A stretch of 40,249 nt of DNA from an uncultured bacterium (GCA_964485845.1 CAZAKP010000005.1:1-40249); one strand, 5' to 3'. Counted from the first letter of the stretch, positions 27,549 to 36,813 are shown. Notes: generated by a model from the sequence alone, not told the origin. Numbers and translations: made by a program.

Positions 27549-30500
27549 AGCAGCGGCGGAAGTCGGAAGCCGATTGGCTGACCAAAACCTGCGGCTCGCG
27601 GATTGTCGTTTTCGACGGCGGGCTCGGCACGGCGCTGCAGGCGCTGGGTGCACCGGCCGGTGTCTTAAACGAGTTGCTGGTCGAGACCCAGCCCGACCTT
27701 GTGCAACGAGTGCACATGCAGTTTTTGGCCGCGGGGGCGGACGTCGTCGAGACCAACAGCTTCAGCGGCGCCCGGCACACGTTGGCCGAGCACGGTTTGG
27801 GGGAGAAGTGCTTTGAACTCAACCGCAAGGCGGCCGAGATTGCACGGAGTGCCGTGCGCGAGCAGGCAACGCCGACATGGCTGCGGTTCGTTGCCGGGTC
27901 AATCGGGCCGGGTTCGAAGCTGCCGGGGCTCGGTCACATCGGTTTTGCCGAACTGGTCGCGAGCTTTCGGCCCCAGGTCGATGGGCTGCTGGCCGGTGGC
28001 GTTGACTGCCTGATAATCGAAACGAGCCAGGACCTGCTGCAACTCAAGGCAGCGCTCGCAGCCGCGCTCGACGCGTTCGAAGCCGACGAGCGCAGCGTTC
28101 CGGTCATCGCTCAGGTGACCCTGAACGAACACGGCCGGACGCTTACCGGTTCGGACATCGGGACAGTGCTTTCGGCGATCGAGCCCTATCCGGTCGCGGC
28201 AATCGGGCTCAACTGCGGATTCGGCCCCGACGGCCTCGCCGCCGCCGTGCGCTATCTCGCGAGCCATTCGTCGAAGCTCGTCTCGGTCATGCCCAACGCG
28301 GGTCTACCCCGCTTGGAGGCCGGGCGTACGGTCTACGACCTTTCGCCCGAGCAGTTTGCCGCCAGCATGAAGCGGCTCGCGGCCGGGCCGGGTCTCGCCA
28401 TCGCCGGCGGCTGCTGCGGCACAACGCCCGAGCACATCCGGCGTCTCCGGGCCGCGCTCGAGGGTCTCCCGCCGCGCCGGCCGGTGCCCCTTGTGCCTCG
28501 CGTCGGATCGCCCTTCAGCGCGCAGGAACTGGGCGTGAAGCCGCGGCCGCTCTTCATCGGCGAGCGGACCAATGCGAGCGGCAGCAAGCGTTTCCGCGAG
28601 CTCCTCTTCGCCCGCGACTTCGACGCAATGGTCACATCGGCGCTGGAGCAGAAGTCCGAGGGCGCGCAGGTCATGGACCTTTCGGTGGCGGCCGCGGGCA
28701 GCGACGAGGTTTCGGACATGAAAGAGCTGGCGGTCCGCCTGAACTCGGGCGTGGACCTGCCGGTGATGGTCGATTCAACCCGCTGCGAAGTGGTGGAAGC
28801 GGCACTCGAACGGCTTGCCGGCCGAAGCATCGTCAACTCGGTCAGTCTCGAGGACCCGGCCCGGGCCGAGAAGACGATAAGGCTCTGCCGCAGGATGGGA
28901 GCGGCGCTCGTTCTGATGACAATCGACGACAAAGGCATGGCGATGACCTGCGAGCGGAAACTCGAAGTCGCCAATCGGCTGTACGACCTCGCGGTGCGGC
29001 GCGGCGGGCTCGCCCCGCCGGACGTTTTCTTCGACTTCCTCACCTTCACGCTCGCCAGCGGTGACGAGTCGCTCCGCAATGCCGGGGTCGAGACGCTCAA
29101 GGCGATTCGCGAGGCAAAGCGGCGATTCCCGAACAGCTTCACGCTGCTCGGGGTCAGCAACATATCACACGGGCTCGAGCCGCAGACGCGGCGCGCGCTC
29201 AACACCGTTTTCCTTCATCACGCGGTCAAGAACGGGCTTGACGCCGCGATTCTCCATGCCGGCAAGATCGAGCCGCTTTCGACGCTTGACCGTAGGACGG
29301 TCAGGCGCTGCGAGGACCTGATATTCAACCGGAGCCGCGGGCCCGGCACGCCACTTGAGTCCCTGCTTACCCGCATCGGCGTCCGGTCGTCCGGAGCCCC
29401 GCCGGAGTCGCGGGCCGTCAGCCGTGAGCCGTTGGCAGTCGGCGATTGTGTGCTTGCCGGCGACCGCGCGGGTATTGTCCGGGCTGTAGGCGAAGAGCTC
29501 AGGACGCGGCCTGCGCCCGATATCATCACCCGGGAACTGCTCCCCGCGATGGACGAGGTCGGCCGCCGGTTCGAGTCCGGCCGGATGCAGTTGCCGTTCG
29601 TACTCCGTTCCGCCGAGGCGATGCGGGCCGCGTTCGATGTCCTGCGGCCGCACCTGCCTGCCGAAAGCCACAAACGGCGCGGCACGCTGCTCATCGCCAC
29701 AGTGCGCGGCGATGTCCACGACATCGGGAAGAATCTGGTGGACATGATTGTGTCGAGCAACGGGTTCAACGTTGTGAACCTCGGCGTGCGACAGACACCC
29801 GAGGACGTCATCGCCGGGGTGCGCGAGCACCGGCCGGATGCCATCGGCCTTTCCGGGTTGCTGGTCGAGTCGGCGCGGGCGATGAAGGAGTATGTTGAGG
29901 CATTTGCCGAGGCCGGTCTACCCATCCCGGTCATCTGCGGCGGCGCGGCGCTCAACCGCGCCTATGTGGACAAAGAACTCCAGCCGGCGTACACTTCCAA
30001 AGTGTACTATGCCAAGGATGCACTCGGCGGGCTAAAGGTCATGCAGGCCGTCACCAGCCGTAACCGGCCGACCGATGCCCCAAAGCGTCGTACCTGCAGC
30101 CCGAGGCCGGCGGATGAAGCAGAGTCTTCGCCGGAAGTAATCTGGAACCAGCCCCGCATCTCCGGCGCGTACGCGCGCTCCCTGACCAAGCTGGTCCACG
30201 CCGAGGTCCGCGGCTACGCCCTGCTCCTGGACCGCGACCGGCTTTTCCGCACGCGCTGGCGGCTGCTCGGACCACGGGCGAACCGGGCGGCGCGCCGACA
30301 GGCCGAGCGCACGCTTGACGAGTTTCTTACCACTAGCCACGAGCGGGAGCTGTGGCACGGCGTGATGGTGTACGGCCTGTATGAGGCCGGCATCACCGGC
30401 AGCGGACTGGTGGTAGTCCACCCGCGTACCGGACAAGAACTGACGCGGCTCGAATTCGCGCCCGCCTTTGCCCGCCGCCTCAAGCGAAAGCACCGCCGCG

Positions 30501-30844
30501 AGCGTTTCCACGTCGCCCTCCAAGTCGTAACCGTCGGAACCCGGGTAGTGCAGGAAAGCCGCTCGCTGGCCCGACAGAAGCGGATTCACGACCAGTTCCT
30601 GCTCCACGGCCTTGCCGCCGAGCTGACCGAAGCCCTTGCCGAATACTGCCAGCGACGCCTGGCGCATCTGCCAGGTTTGCGCGAGACCGTCCGCTACAGC
30701 CCGGGATATCCGGTCTGGCCGAACCTGGCCGAACAACAGAAGATATTCGCTCTACTCCGGCCCGAGCGCATCGGCGTCAGGCTCACCCGCAGCTTCCAGA
30801 TGGTGCCGGAATACTCCACCTCGGCTATCGTTCTCCCCGCCTAG
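27545..30844 (+). CDS. metH: Cobalamin-dependent methionine synthase
   Basis: DGGLGT, GLNC and GGCCGT (Hcy/Zn), IGERTNASGS (pterin), GDVHDIGKN...GLSGLL (B12), and RYSPGYP (activation). Its TTG overlaps the metF stop. Confidence 0.96.
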   Translation: MKQRRKSEADWLTKTCGSRIVVFDGGLGTALQALGAPAGVLNELLVETQPDLVQRVHMQFLAAGADVVETNSFSGARHTLAEHGLGEKCFELNRKAAEIARSAVREQATPTWLRFVAGSIGPGSKLPGLGHIGFAELVASFRPQVDGLLAGGVDCLIIETSQDLLQLKAALAAALDAFEADERSVPVIAQVTLNEHGRTLTGSDIGTVLSAIEPYPVAAIGLNCGFGPDGLAAAVRYLASHSSKLVSVMPNAGLPRLEAGRTVYDLSPEQFAASMKRLAAGPGLAIAGGCCGTTPEHIRRLRAALEGLPPRRPVPLVPRVGSPFSAQELGVKPRPLFIGERTNASGSKRFRELLFARDFDAMVTSALEQKSEGAQVMDLSVAAAGSDEVSDMKELAVRLNSGVDLPVMVDSTRCEVVEAALERLAGRSIVNSVSLEDPARAEKTIRLCRRMGAALVLMTIDDKGMAMTCERKLEVANRLYDLAVRRGGLAPPDVFFDFLTFTLASGDESLRNAGVETLKAIREAKRRFPNSFTLLGVSNISHGLEPQTRRALNTVFLHHAVKNGLDAAILHAGKIEPLSTLDRRTVRRCEDLIFNRSRGPGTPLESLLTRIGVRSSGAPPESRAVSREPLAVGDCVLAGDRAGIVRAVGEELRTRPAPDIITRELLPAMDEVGRRFESGRMQLPFVLRSAEAMRAAFDVLRPHLPAESHKRRGTLLIATVRGDVHDIGKNLVDMIVSSNGFNVVNLGVRQTPEDVIAGVREHRPDAIGLSGLLVESARAMKEYVEAFAEAGLPIPVICGGAALNRAYVDKELQPAYTSKVYYAKDALGGLKVMQAVTSRNRPTDAPKRRTCSPRPADEAESSPEVIWNQPRISGAYARSLTKLVHAEVRGYALLLDRDRLFRTRWRLLGPRANRAARRQAERTLDEFLTTSHERELWHGVMVYGLYEAGITGSGLVVVHPRTGQELTRLEFAPAFARRLKRKHRRERFHVALQVVTVGTRVVQESRSLARQKRIHDQFLLHGLAAELTEALAEYCQRRLAHLPGLRETVRYSPGYPVWPNLAEQQKIFALLRPERIGVRLTRSFQMVPEYSTSAIVLPA

Positions 30845-30919
30845 CCCGCAAACGCCGGAATAGAATCCAGCGGTCGGCGGTAGATACGCTTGATGGTCAC
30901 CGCCAAAAAGGAGATAAAA

Positions 30920-31276
30920 ATGAAGCGAAGTATCATCGCCGGAGCAGTCCTGCTGTTGCTTTTCTCCGGCGTAACCTATGCGGCGCCGCCGCGACCGCGA
31001 CCGAGGCCGCGTTTCTTCCTGGGCCCGGTGCTATCCTGGCTCGGGTTCGGCAATCACTGGCAGGTCCGGGTCGTTCGGCCGTATCCGCCCGCGCGTCGAC
31101 TGCCGGTTTTCGCGCACCGGCCGGCAGTTCACTACAACCGTGGCTGGCACTGGGGCTGGAATAACGGCCGGCACATCGGCTGGGACCGGAACGACCGGAA
31201 CCACCGCGACCGACGCGGCCAGGATCGACCCCGCGACGGCGAGCATCAACACGGCCGCGGAGGCGGCCGCGAATAG
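30920..31276 (+). CDS. Small secreted Pro/Arg/Gly/Trp-rich protein
   Basis: SD AAGGAG, signal peptide MKRSIIAGAVLLLLFSGVTYA, low-complexity mature part. Confidence 0.75.
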   Translation: MKRSIIAGAVLLLLFSGVTYAAPPRPRPRPRFFLGPVLSWLGFGNHWQVRVVRPYPPARRLPVFAHRPAVHYNRGWHWGWNNGRHIGWDRNDRNHRDRRGQDRPRDGEHQHGRGGGRE

Positions 31277-31455
31277 CCAGGCTCCCGGCTCGGTCTGGCA
31301 CAGGGCGGGCACATGCCCGCCCGTCTGTTTGGCGGCCCATCGGAGTCGGATTGCGTAGGGCGGACTATCGGGCCCGGCCGTGCGCACCCGCCCCTGCCTT
31401 CGTCTGCCGGCCTGCCGCTTGACCCTTTGTCCCCTTTCGGCTACTCTGGCTTGAG

Positions 31456-32553
31456 ATGGTCTTCAACCGCATCCTCACTCACGAACGGCCGCACCTCGAC
31501 GAGATCGTTGCCATCTGGCTCCTGCGCCGATTCGGAGAACAGCGATTTCCCGGCATCAGCACGGCGCGGGTCGAATTCACCTCCATCCGCCGGCTGGCGG
31601 AAGCCGGGCGCAAGCCCGAGGACTACGAAGCGGAAGGTACCGTCCTCGTCGGCATCGGCGGCGGCCGGTTCGACGAACATCCGACACTGGACGAAGGCCG
31701 CAAGGCCGGCGACTGCGCGACTACGCTTGTGGCCCGGGAACTCGGCGTCAGCGATGACCCGTCGCTCGCCAAGATACTCAGATTCGTGCGAGCTGCCGAC
31801 GTTGAAGGCAATGCCTCGCCGTTCGACATCTCCTACGTGGTCAAACTGCTGCACAATCGGTATCCCGACGACCCGCACCGGGTAATCGAATGGGCGCTCG
31901 TGGCAATCGAGGCCAAGTACGCGGAACAGCACCGGTTCTTTACCGTGGTCAAGCCCGAGTTCGAGGCAAAAGCCAGGGTCGAAGAGATCGAGGTGGGAAA
32001 GAAGCGGCTCAGGATCGTGACCGTGGACTCGGACGAGGACGGGATTCATAAGTACGCCCGGTCCGAGTACGGCGCGCGGGCGGCGATTGTCATCCAGCGA
32101 AGGTCATCGGGCAACGTCGCGGTCTTCGGCAACAAACAGGCGGGAGTGGACCTGCGCGAAGCGGCGAAGCTCATCCGCCTGGCCGAACGGCAGGCCAAGG
32201 GGCTTTCGGAGGGGACACGTCCCCGGAGCGACGCGACGGACGCGTCGCGGATGTGTCCCCAATCTGACGACGAGAAGCTGCTCGACGAAGGCTACGCTGC
32301 CGGCGCGGAAGAATGGTTCTACCACAAACAGGGCCAGATGCTTTTGAACGGCAGCCTCACCCAGGCCGACGTGCCCCCGACCCGGCTCAGTCTTGACCGG
32401 ATTGCCGAGCTCGTGAAAATCGGCGTTGACCCGTCGCGGGTGCAGCCGCTCTGCCAGTCAACCGGCCGCTGCATCGGCGACGTCTGCGACTGGTACACAT
32501 GGCACCTTGCCCGCTGCGCCAGACTCCGCGGCCCAGCGGCCGGCTGCGCCTGA
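31456..32553 (+). CDS. MYG1/DHH-superfamily-like putative metal-dependent hydrolase
   Basis: N-terminal TH..PHLDE..AIWLL and IGGGRFDEH resemble the MYG1 motifs TH..FH.DE and D.GG..FDHH. Promoter TTGACC-N17-TACTCT-N8-ATG. Confidence 0.7.
   Translation: MVFNRILTHERPHLDEIVAIWLLRRFGEQRFPGISTARVEFTSIRRLAEAGRKPEDYEAEGTVLVGIGGGRFDEHPTLDEGRKAGDCATTLVARELGVSDDPSLAKILRFVRAADVEGNASPFDISYVVKLLHNRYPDDPHRVIEWALVAIEAKYAEQHRFFTVVKPEFEAKARVEEIEVGKKRLRIVTVDSDEDGIHKYARSEYGARAAIVIQRRSSGNVAVFGNKQAGVDLREAAKLIRLAERQAKGLSEGTRPRSDATDASRMCPQSDDEKLLDEGYAAGAEEWFYHKQGQMLLNGSLTQADVPPTRLSLDRIAELVKIGVDPSRVQPLCQSTGRCIGDVCDWYTWHLARCARLRGPAAGCA
32211..32260. repeat. Palindromic REP-like element within the CDS
   Basis: GGGGACAC...GTGTCCCC enclosing GCGACGCG-ACGGA-CGCGTCGC. 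Confidence 0.65.
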
Positions 32554-32596
32554 CTTCGCCCGCTCCCCTTCGTCAGGCCTGAGGCTGCGGACCGGT

Positions 32597-33148
32597 CTAG
32601 GTTTTGGTCCGGTGGGGTTGCGGCCGGGTGCCGCGAAGCAGTGATGCCGGCAGTCTGGTTTCGGCGCCGATCCGGCCGGCGTGGCGCGTCTTCCCTTTCG
32701 CCGCATCGAGGAAGCACTTGTGCAGTTCGTTCTCGCACGACGACAAGGTCCGGTCGTAGCCCTGCTCGAGCAGGTCCACCATGAGCCCGCGCGCCGCGTC
32801 CAGCAGCGCGAGCGGGTAGTCGTCCTGCTGATGCCGGAAGTACAACCGAATCCACTTGTAAGCAAGACGGCGTTCTACCGGTTTCCAGAGATTGTGCATC
32901 TTGGGCCGGCCCCGGGCGATGGCATCTCTGGAAATCCGGCTGCGGACCGCGTCAAACGTCCGCCGGTACGCTCGACTGGGCCTTGTCGCGCCGGGGTGCT
33001 CGGCGTGCCATTTGCGGAGGGCGCGAAGGCAGTCGACTGCGGCCGGGACGAGGCCGGGATAGCGGCCGGCGACCAACCGCTGCGCGTAGGCAGCGACAAT
33101 CCGGGACTCGCCCGATTCCCAAGGCCTTGCAGCAGCTTGACGCGTCAT
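32597..33148 (-). CDS. Hypothetical basic protein with two Myb/SANT(trihelix)-like repeats
   Basis: Repeats W...E.R..(A/Y)...RTFDAV and W...ERR...LEQGYDRTLSSC. Promoter TTGAAC(33201)-N16-TAGTAT(33174). Confidence 0.6.
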   Translation of the reverse strand: MTRQAAARPWESGESRIVAAYAQRLVAGRYPGLVPAAVDCLRALRKWHAEHPGATRPSRAYRRTFDAVRSRISRDAIARGRPKMHNLWKPVERRLAYKWIRLYFRHQQDDYPLALLDAARGLMVDLLEQGYDRTLSSCENELHKCFLDAAKGKTRHAGRIGAETRLPASLLRGTRPQPHRTKT

Positions 33149-33461
33149 ACTTCAGGCATTAGCAGCCAGGAGAATACTACGTCGGTGCGGGATTTGTTCA
33201 AGCCCGACCATGCGCCGCGGGAACCGGCATTGAAGCCGCGAGAGAGAGGTCAAGGAGAGCGATTCGGGGTTCGGGCCGGAAGGCTGAGCGACGCGCAGCC
33301 GGCGGGCAGAATAAACGCGTGCGGCGCCTTTGTCGCCGCCACGTCAGCGGTGATTCGAACAGGCGTCGTACCCGAGTGAATGCTGCCGGGCTTGAGGAAG
33401 TGGTGAAAAGTCGTTCTTGGGGATCGACTTCGGTTCTGCACCGGCAGGCGTAACCCGCAGG

Positions 33462-33491
33462 ATTATAGACCCGCACCCGCGTGGAAGTCAA
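33462..33491 (-). promoter_or_regulatory. sigma70-type promoter with no obvious CDS downstream
   Basis: TTGACT-N18-TATAAT. Confidence 0.6.
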
Positions 33492-33593
33492 CGGACCATG
33501 ACGACCTCTTTGAAATCGGCCGGCCGGTCAGCGCGCGCCGGAAGAGCACGCCAAAGTCGGGGCAGAGCGTCGAATCCGGGGTCGCGGCTCGCG

Positions 33594-33621
33594 TTGACTT
33601 CCCAACGCCACCGGCTACACT
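33594..33621 (+). promoter_or_regulatory. sigma70-type promoter
   Basis: TTGACT-N16-TACACT. Confidence 0.65.
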
Positions 33622-33730
33622 TTTGCCGTTTATGGGCGCCTTGTTCTCTCTCCGACTGCCGTTGAACGGCTGAGCCGGCATCAAGACAACGACTGACCGC
33701 AAGCTCCCCGACCTGGTAATCGGTGACCTG

Positions 33731-34777
33731 GTGATTAATCCACCCATTATCCAGGGCGGGATGGGCGTACGCGTGTCGTCGTCGCGCCTGGTTTCAGCCG
33801 TATCGAAAGAAGGCGCGCTCGGCGTCATCGCTACCGTGGGATTGAGCGAGGAGCTTGAGGACATGACCCCAAACTACGTCACCCGCGCTGAGATCGGCCT
33901 GCGGCAGGCAATCCGGGAAACGAAGAACAATACTCCGAACCCATTCGGCGTGAACGTCATGTGCGCCCTGACCAACTATGACAGCCTGGTCCGGGTCTCG
34001 GCCGCCGAGGGCGCGGCCGCCATCATCTCCGGCGCCGGTCTGCCGCTGAAGCTGCCGGGGCTCGTCCCCGACGCGCACGTCAAACTCCTGCCGATTGTGT
34101 CCTCGGCCCGGGCCGCCAGCATCATCTGCCGGACCTGGCAGAAACGGTTCAACCGCCTGCCGGACGCAATCGTGGTCGAGGGGCCGCTGGCCGGCGGACA
34201 CCTCGGTTTCTCGCACGAGGAGGTCCAGAACCTGGAGGCGAACGCGCTGGAGCGCATCGTCACCGAGGTTCTCGGCGTGGCCCGTGAGTACGGCAACATC
34301 CCGGTCGTCGCCGCGGGCGGCGTGTTCGACGGCAACGACATCGCCAGGTTCCTCCGGCTCGGCGCGGCCGGCGTGCAGATGGCCACGCGGTTCGTCTGCA
34401 CCCACGAGTGCGACGCCGGCGAAGCCTACAAGCAGGCCTTCATCAATTGCCGGAAGGAAGACATCGTTATCATCCACAGCCCGGTCGGGATGCCGGCCCG
34501 CGTCATCAAGAACGATTTCGTCGAACGCTACCTCAGGGGCGAGAAGGTGAACTTCGGCTGCCCCTACCACTGCCTCGTGACCTGTGAGCCGGCAGTGGCC
34601 GGATACTGCATCGCGCAGGCCCTGGTCGCAAGCTACCGCGGCCAGATGGCGAACGGCTACGCGATGTGCGGCGCCAATGCCTGGCGGTGCGACCGCATAG
34701 TGTCGGTGCACGAGCTGATAGAAGAGCTCGTCGAGGGAGCCGCCGCCCTGCGCACCGAGCCGCCGAACCACAACTAA
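33731..34777 (+). CDS. Nitronate monooxygenase / FabK-FabX-like FMN oxidoreductase with C-terminal Cys cluster
   Basis: PIIQGGMGV, ISGAGLP, VEGPLAGGHLG, GVQMATRF and CPYHCLVTC...YCI. Homology appears to extend upstream to ~33680. Confidence 0.92.
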   Translation: MINPPIIQGGMGVRVSSSRLVSAVSKEGALGVIATVGLSEELEDMTPNYVTRAEIGLRQAIRETKNNTPNPFGVNVMCALTNYDSLVRVSAAEGAAAIISGAGLPLKLPGLVPDAHVKLLPIVSSARAASIICRTWQKRFNRLPDAIVVEGPLAGGHLGFSHEEVQNLEANALERIVTEVLGVAREYGNIPVVAAGGVFDGNDIARFLRLGAAGVQMATRFVCTHECDAGEAYKQAFINCRKEDIVIIHSPVGMPARVIKNDFVERYLRGEKVNFGCPYHCLVTCEPAVAGYCIAQALVASYRGQMANGYAMCGANAWRCDRIVSVHELIEELVEGAAALRTEPPNHN

Positions 34778-34822
34778 CACCGTCCGCAGCGAGCCCCAAA
34801 AACCCGGGAGACTTCAACAGCG

Positions 34823-34845
34823 ACGGCCGGCAGTGGTGCCGGCCG
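34823..34845. terminator. GC hairpin between convergent genes
   Basis: CGGCCGGCA-GTGG-TGCCGGCCG, with only a weak U-tract. Confidence 0.4.
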
Positions 34846-34863
34846 CCGGTTGTTTCTCGGCCG

Positions 34864-36810
34864 CTACTTGAGGAAGTAGACCTCGCGGAGCTGCGGCTTG
34901 CTGATTGCGTCGGCCGCGGTTTTGAGCCCGGCGAACTCATCGACCGAGTAGTCGGGTTTCGTCAGCCGCACCGAGCAGTGGAAGCTTACGCCGTTCGCCG
35001 TCCTGGCCCAACCGCCCCGGGCCGCGATGCCGTCAGCGGCGACCGCGACGCTGTCCGGCAGGACGTCCACCTTCACGCCGCGCGGCAGCTTGATGTTGCA
35101 GGTGTACTCCCAGTTGCGCGCCGGCCTCGTCTCGACCGGATTCGTCCGCCGGGCGCTCGACGTGAACCAGAACAGGTCCTCGCCGACCACGGCCGGCGTC
35201 GGCACGCGCAGCGACAGCTCGCCTTTCTGCGTTACCGCGTAGCGCGGTGCGGTGAAGAAGAAGCCGGCGGCCGCCGGTTCGGTGAGGTTGCCCAGGTTCG
35301 AAAACCAGAATGTGTCAATCTGCGCCCCGGTCTTGATTGAGGACGCGGTCTGGGCCATCGCCCGCTTCCGGTCGGTTGGAGTCCGGTCGCGCCAGTCTTC
35401 GCGCAGGGAGTTGTCGTAGCAGCCGCCGGTTGTGGTGATGACCGTTCCGGAGATGTTGCCATTCAGTTCAAGCGCGAGCTCCGCCGTGGTGACCTCGCGG
35501 TCGGCCGGGTTCGGACCGGCGCCCGGGCTGAGGGTAAGCCCCGTGCTGGTCGTGTCGAGGAGCAACGCGTCAACCCCGGCGTCGTCGTCCGGGATGCTGC
35601 CGTAGCTGCGATACTCCGCGAACGGGTCGAAGAGCATTGATTTGCCGTCAATGGTGGCCAGCGTTGCGAGCCAGTCAAAGGCGTCGGGCGAAGGCACGTC
35701 GGCCGGCGCGTCCGCGCTGGTGGCGAGCACGACCGGCGTCGCCTGAATCCCCTGGGCGTTGAGCAGGCAGACCAGCAGACGGTTCTTGTCCCGGCAGTCG
35801 CCGTATTTCCACTTGAGGATGTCGGGCGACTTGTGGGCCTCGTGCCCGGCGTCTCCGTAGTCGAGCCAGATGCTCCGCACCTTCTGGGTTACGAACAGGT
35901 AGATGGCCCTGGCCGCGTCGGCCTTGGACAGCCCCGCCGCGAGACTGTCCGAAAACTTCTTTACCGCCGGCGAGGCGATTCGGCCTTTGTCGAAGTCCCT
36001 GCGCAGCCTGGTCGCGATTTGCTTCCAGTCCCGGTACGACGAGTAGCTCAGTACCGGCACAAGCCGCTCGATGTCGGGCATCGCCGCCTCGCGGAAGATC
36101 TGCGGCGTGTCCTCGTCGGACCAGGTGTAGGTCGTCTGAGCGCCCGAGTCCGCCTCGGCCTTGAGTATCGCACGCTTCAGCGCGGCCACGTTCCACTCGT
36201 GGGAGAACCGGACACCCCTGGGCACGACCAGCCGGAACTCGCGCTTTAGAGCCGGATTGAACCCGCCGAAGGTGACTGTCCCGGAGAAGCCGTCTTCTTT
36301 CGTGCTCTTCTTCGGCTTCACCCGGACGTGGTACTCGATGACCGCGCCCGGCTCGAGTGCCGGGAACGAGACAACTTTGAGCATCGCATTGGTGTAGGCC
36401 ATGGCGCTGCCGACTTCGGGGGCACTCACCTCGGATATCGCGCGGGCCTCGGGCCTGACGATTGATCCGTCCGGCCGGTGGGTGCAGGCATCGAGCACGT
36501 CCACGGTCTGGCCGTCTTTGTTGAACCGCTGGGTGACCTCGCCGAACTCGTCGGTCGCCCGGTCCTCGAAGATCTTCACGACGAGGTAGCGGTCGAGCGT
36601 GGTCGAGTTGTTTTTGTCCACGGTCTCGATCCTGCGGTCGAGCAGGATGAGCGCGCCTGCCTCGGGATAGGCATCGTGCCCCGGCGCGGCCTTGATGATG
36701 CTGTCGATCTCGGACGCGAAGCCAAAAGGCAGAAGCCAAAAGCTGAAAGCCAAAACCAGAATCCATCTTGCAGCTTCCATCTTGTGCCCTGCACCTTGAA
36801 TCGTCTTCAT
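34864..36810 (-). CDS. DUF3857 + transglutaminase-like secreted protein (paralogue 2)
   Basis: Signal peptide, FPALEPGAVIEY (DUF3857-like), GDCRDK, SD GGAGGAG. Confidence 0.9.
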   Translation of the reverse strand: MKTIQGAGHKMEAARWILVLAFSFWLLPFGFASEIDSIIKAAPGHDAYPEAGALILLDRRIETVDKNNSTTLDRYLVVKIFEDRATDEFGEVTQRFNKDGQTVDVLDACTHRPDGSIVRPEARAISEVSAPEVGSAMAYTNAMLKVVSFPALEPGAVIEYHVRVKPKKSTKEDGFSGTVTFGGFNPALKREFRLVVPRGVRFSHEWNVAALKRAILKAEADSGAQTTYTWSDEDTPQIFREAAMPDIERLVPVLSYSSYRDWKQIATRLRRDFDKGRIASPAVKKFSDSLAAGLSKADAARAIYLFVTQKVRSIWLDYGDAGHEAHKSPDILKWKYGDCRDKNRLLVCLLNAQGIQATPVVLATSADAPADVPSPDAFDWLATLATIDGKSMLFDPFAEYRSYGSIPDDDAGVDALLLDTTSTGLTLSPGAGPNPADREVTTAELALELNGNISGTVITTTGGCYDNSLREDWRDRTPTDRKRAMAQTASSIKTGAQIDTFWFSNLGNLTEPAAAGFFFTAPRYAVTQKGELSLRVPTPAVVGEDLFWFTSSARRTNPVETRPARNWEYTCNIKLPRGVKVDVLPDSVAVAADGIAARGGWARTANGVSFHCSVRLTKPDYSVDEFAGLKTAADAISKPQLREVYFLK

Positions 36811-36813
36811 CGC

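Noticed and set aside
33345-33365. GTTCGAATC as part of a tRNA
   Set aside because: No 5-bp T-stem, acceptor stem or anticodon arm could be built.
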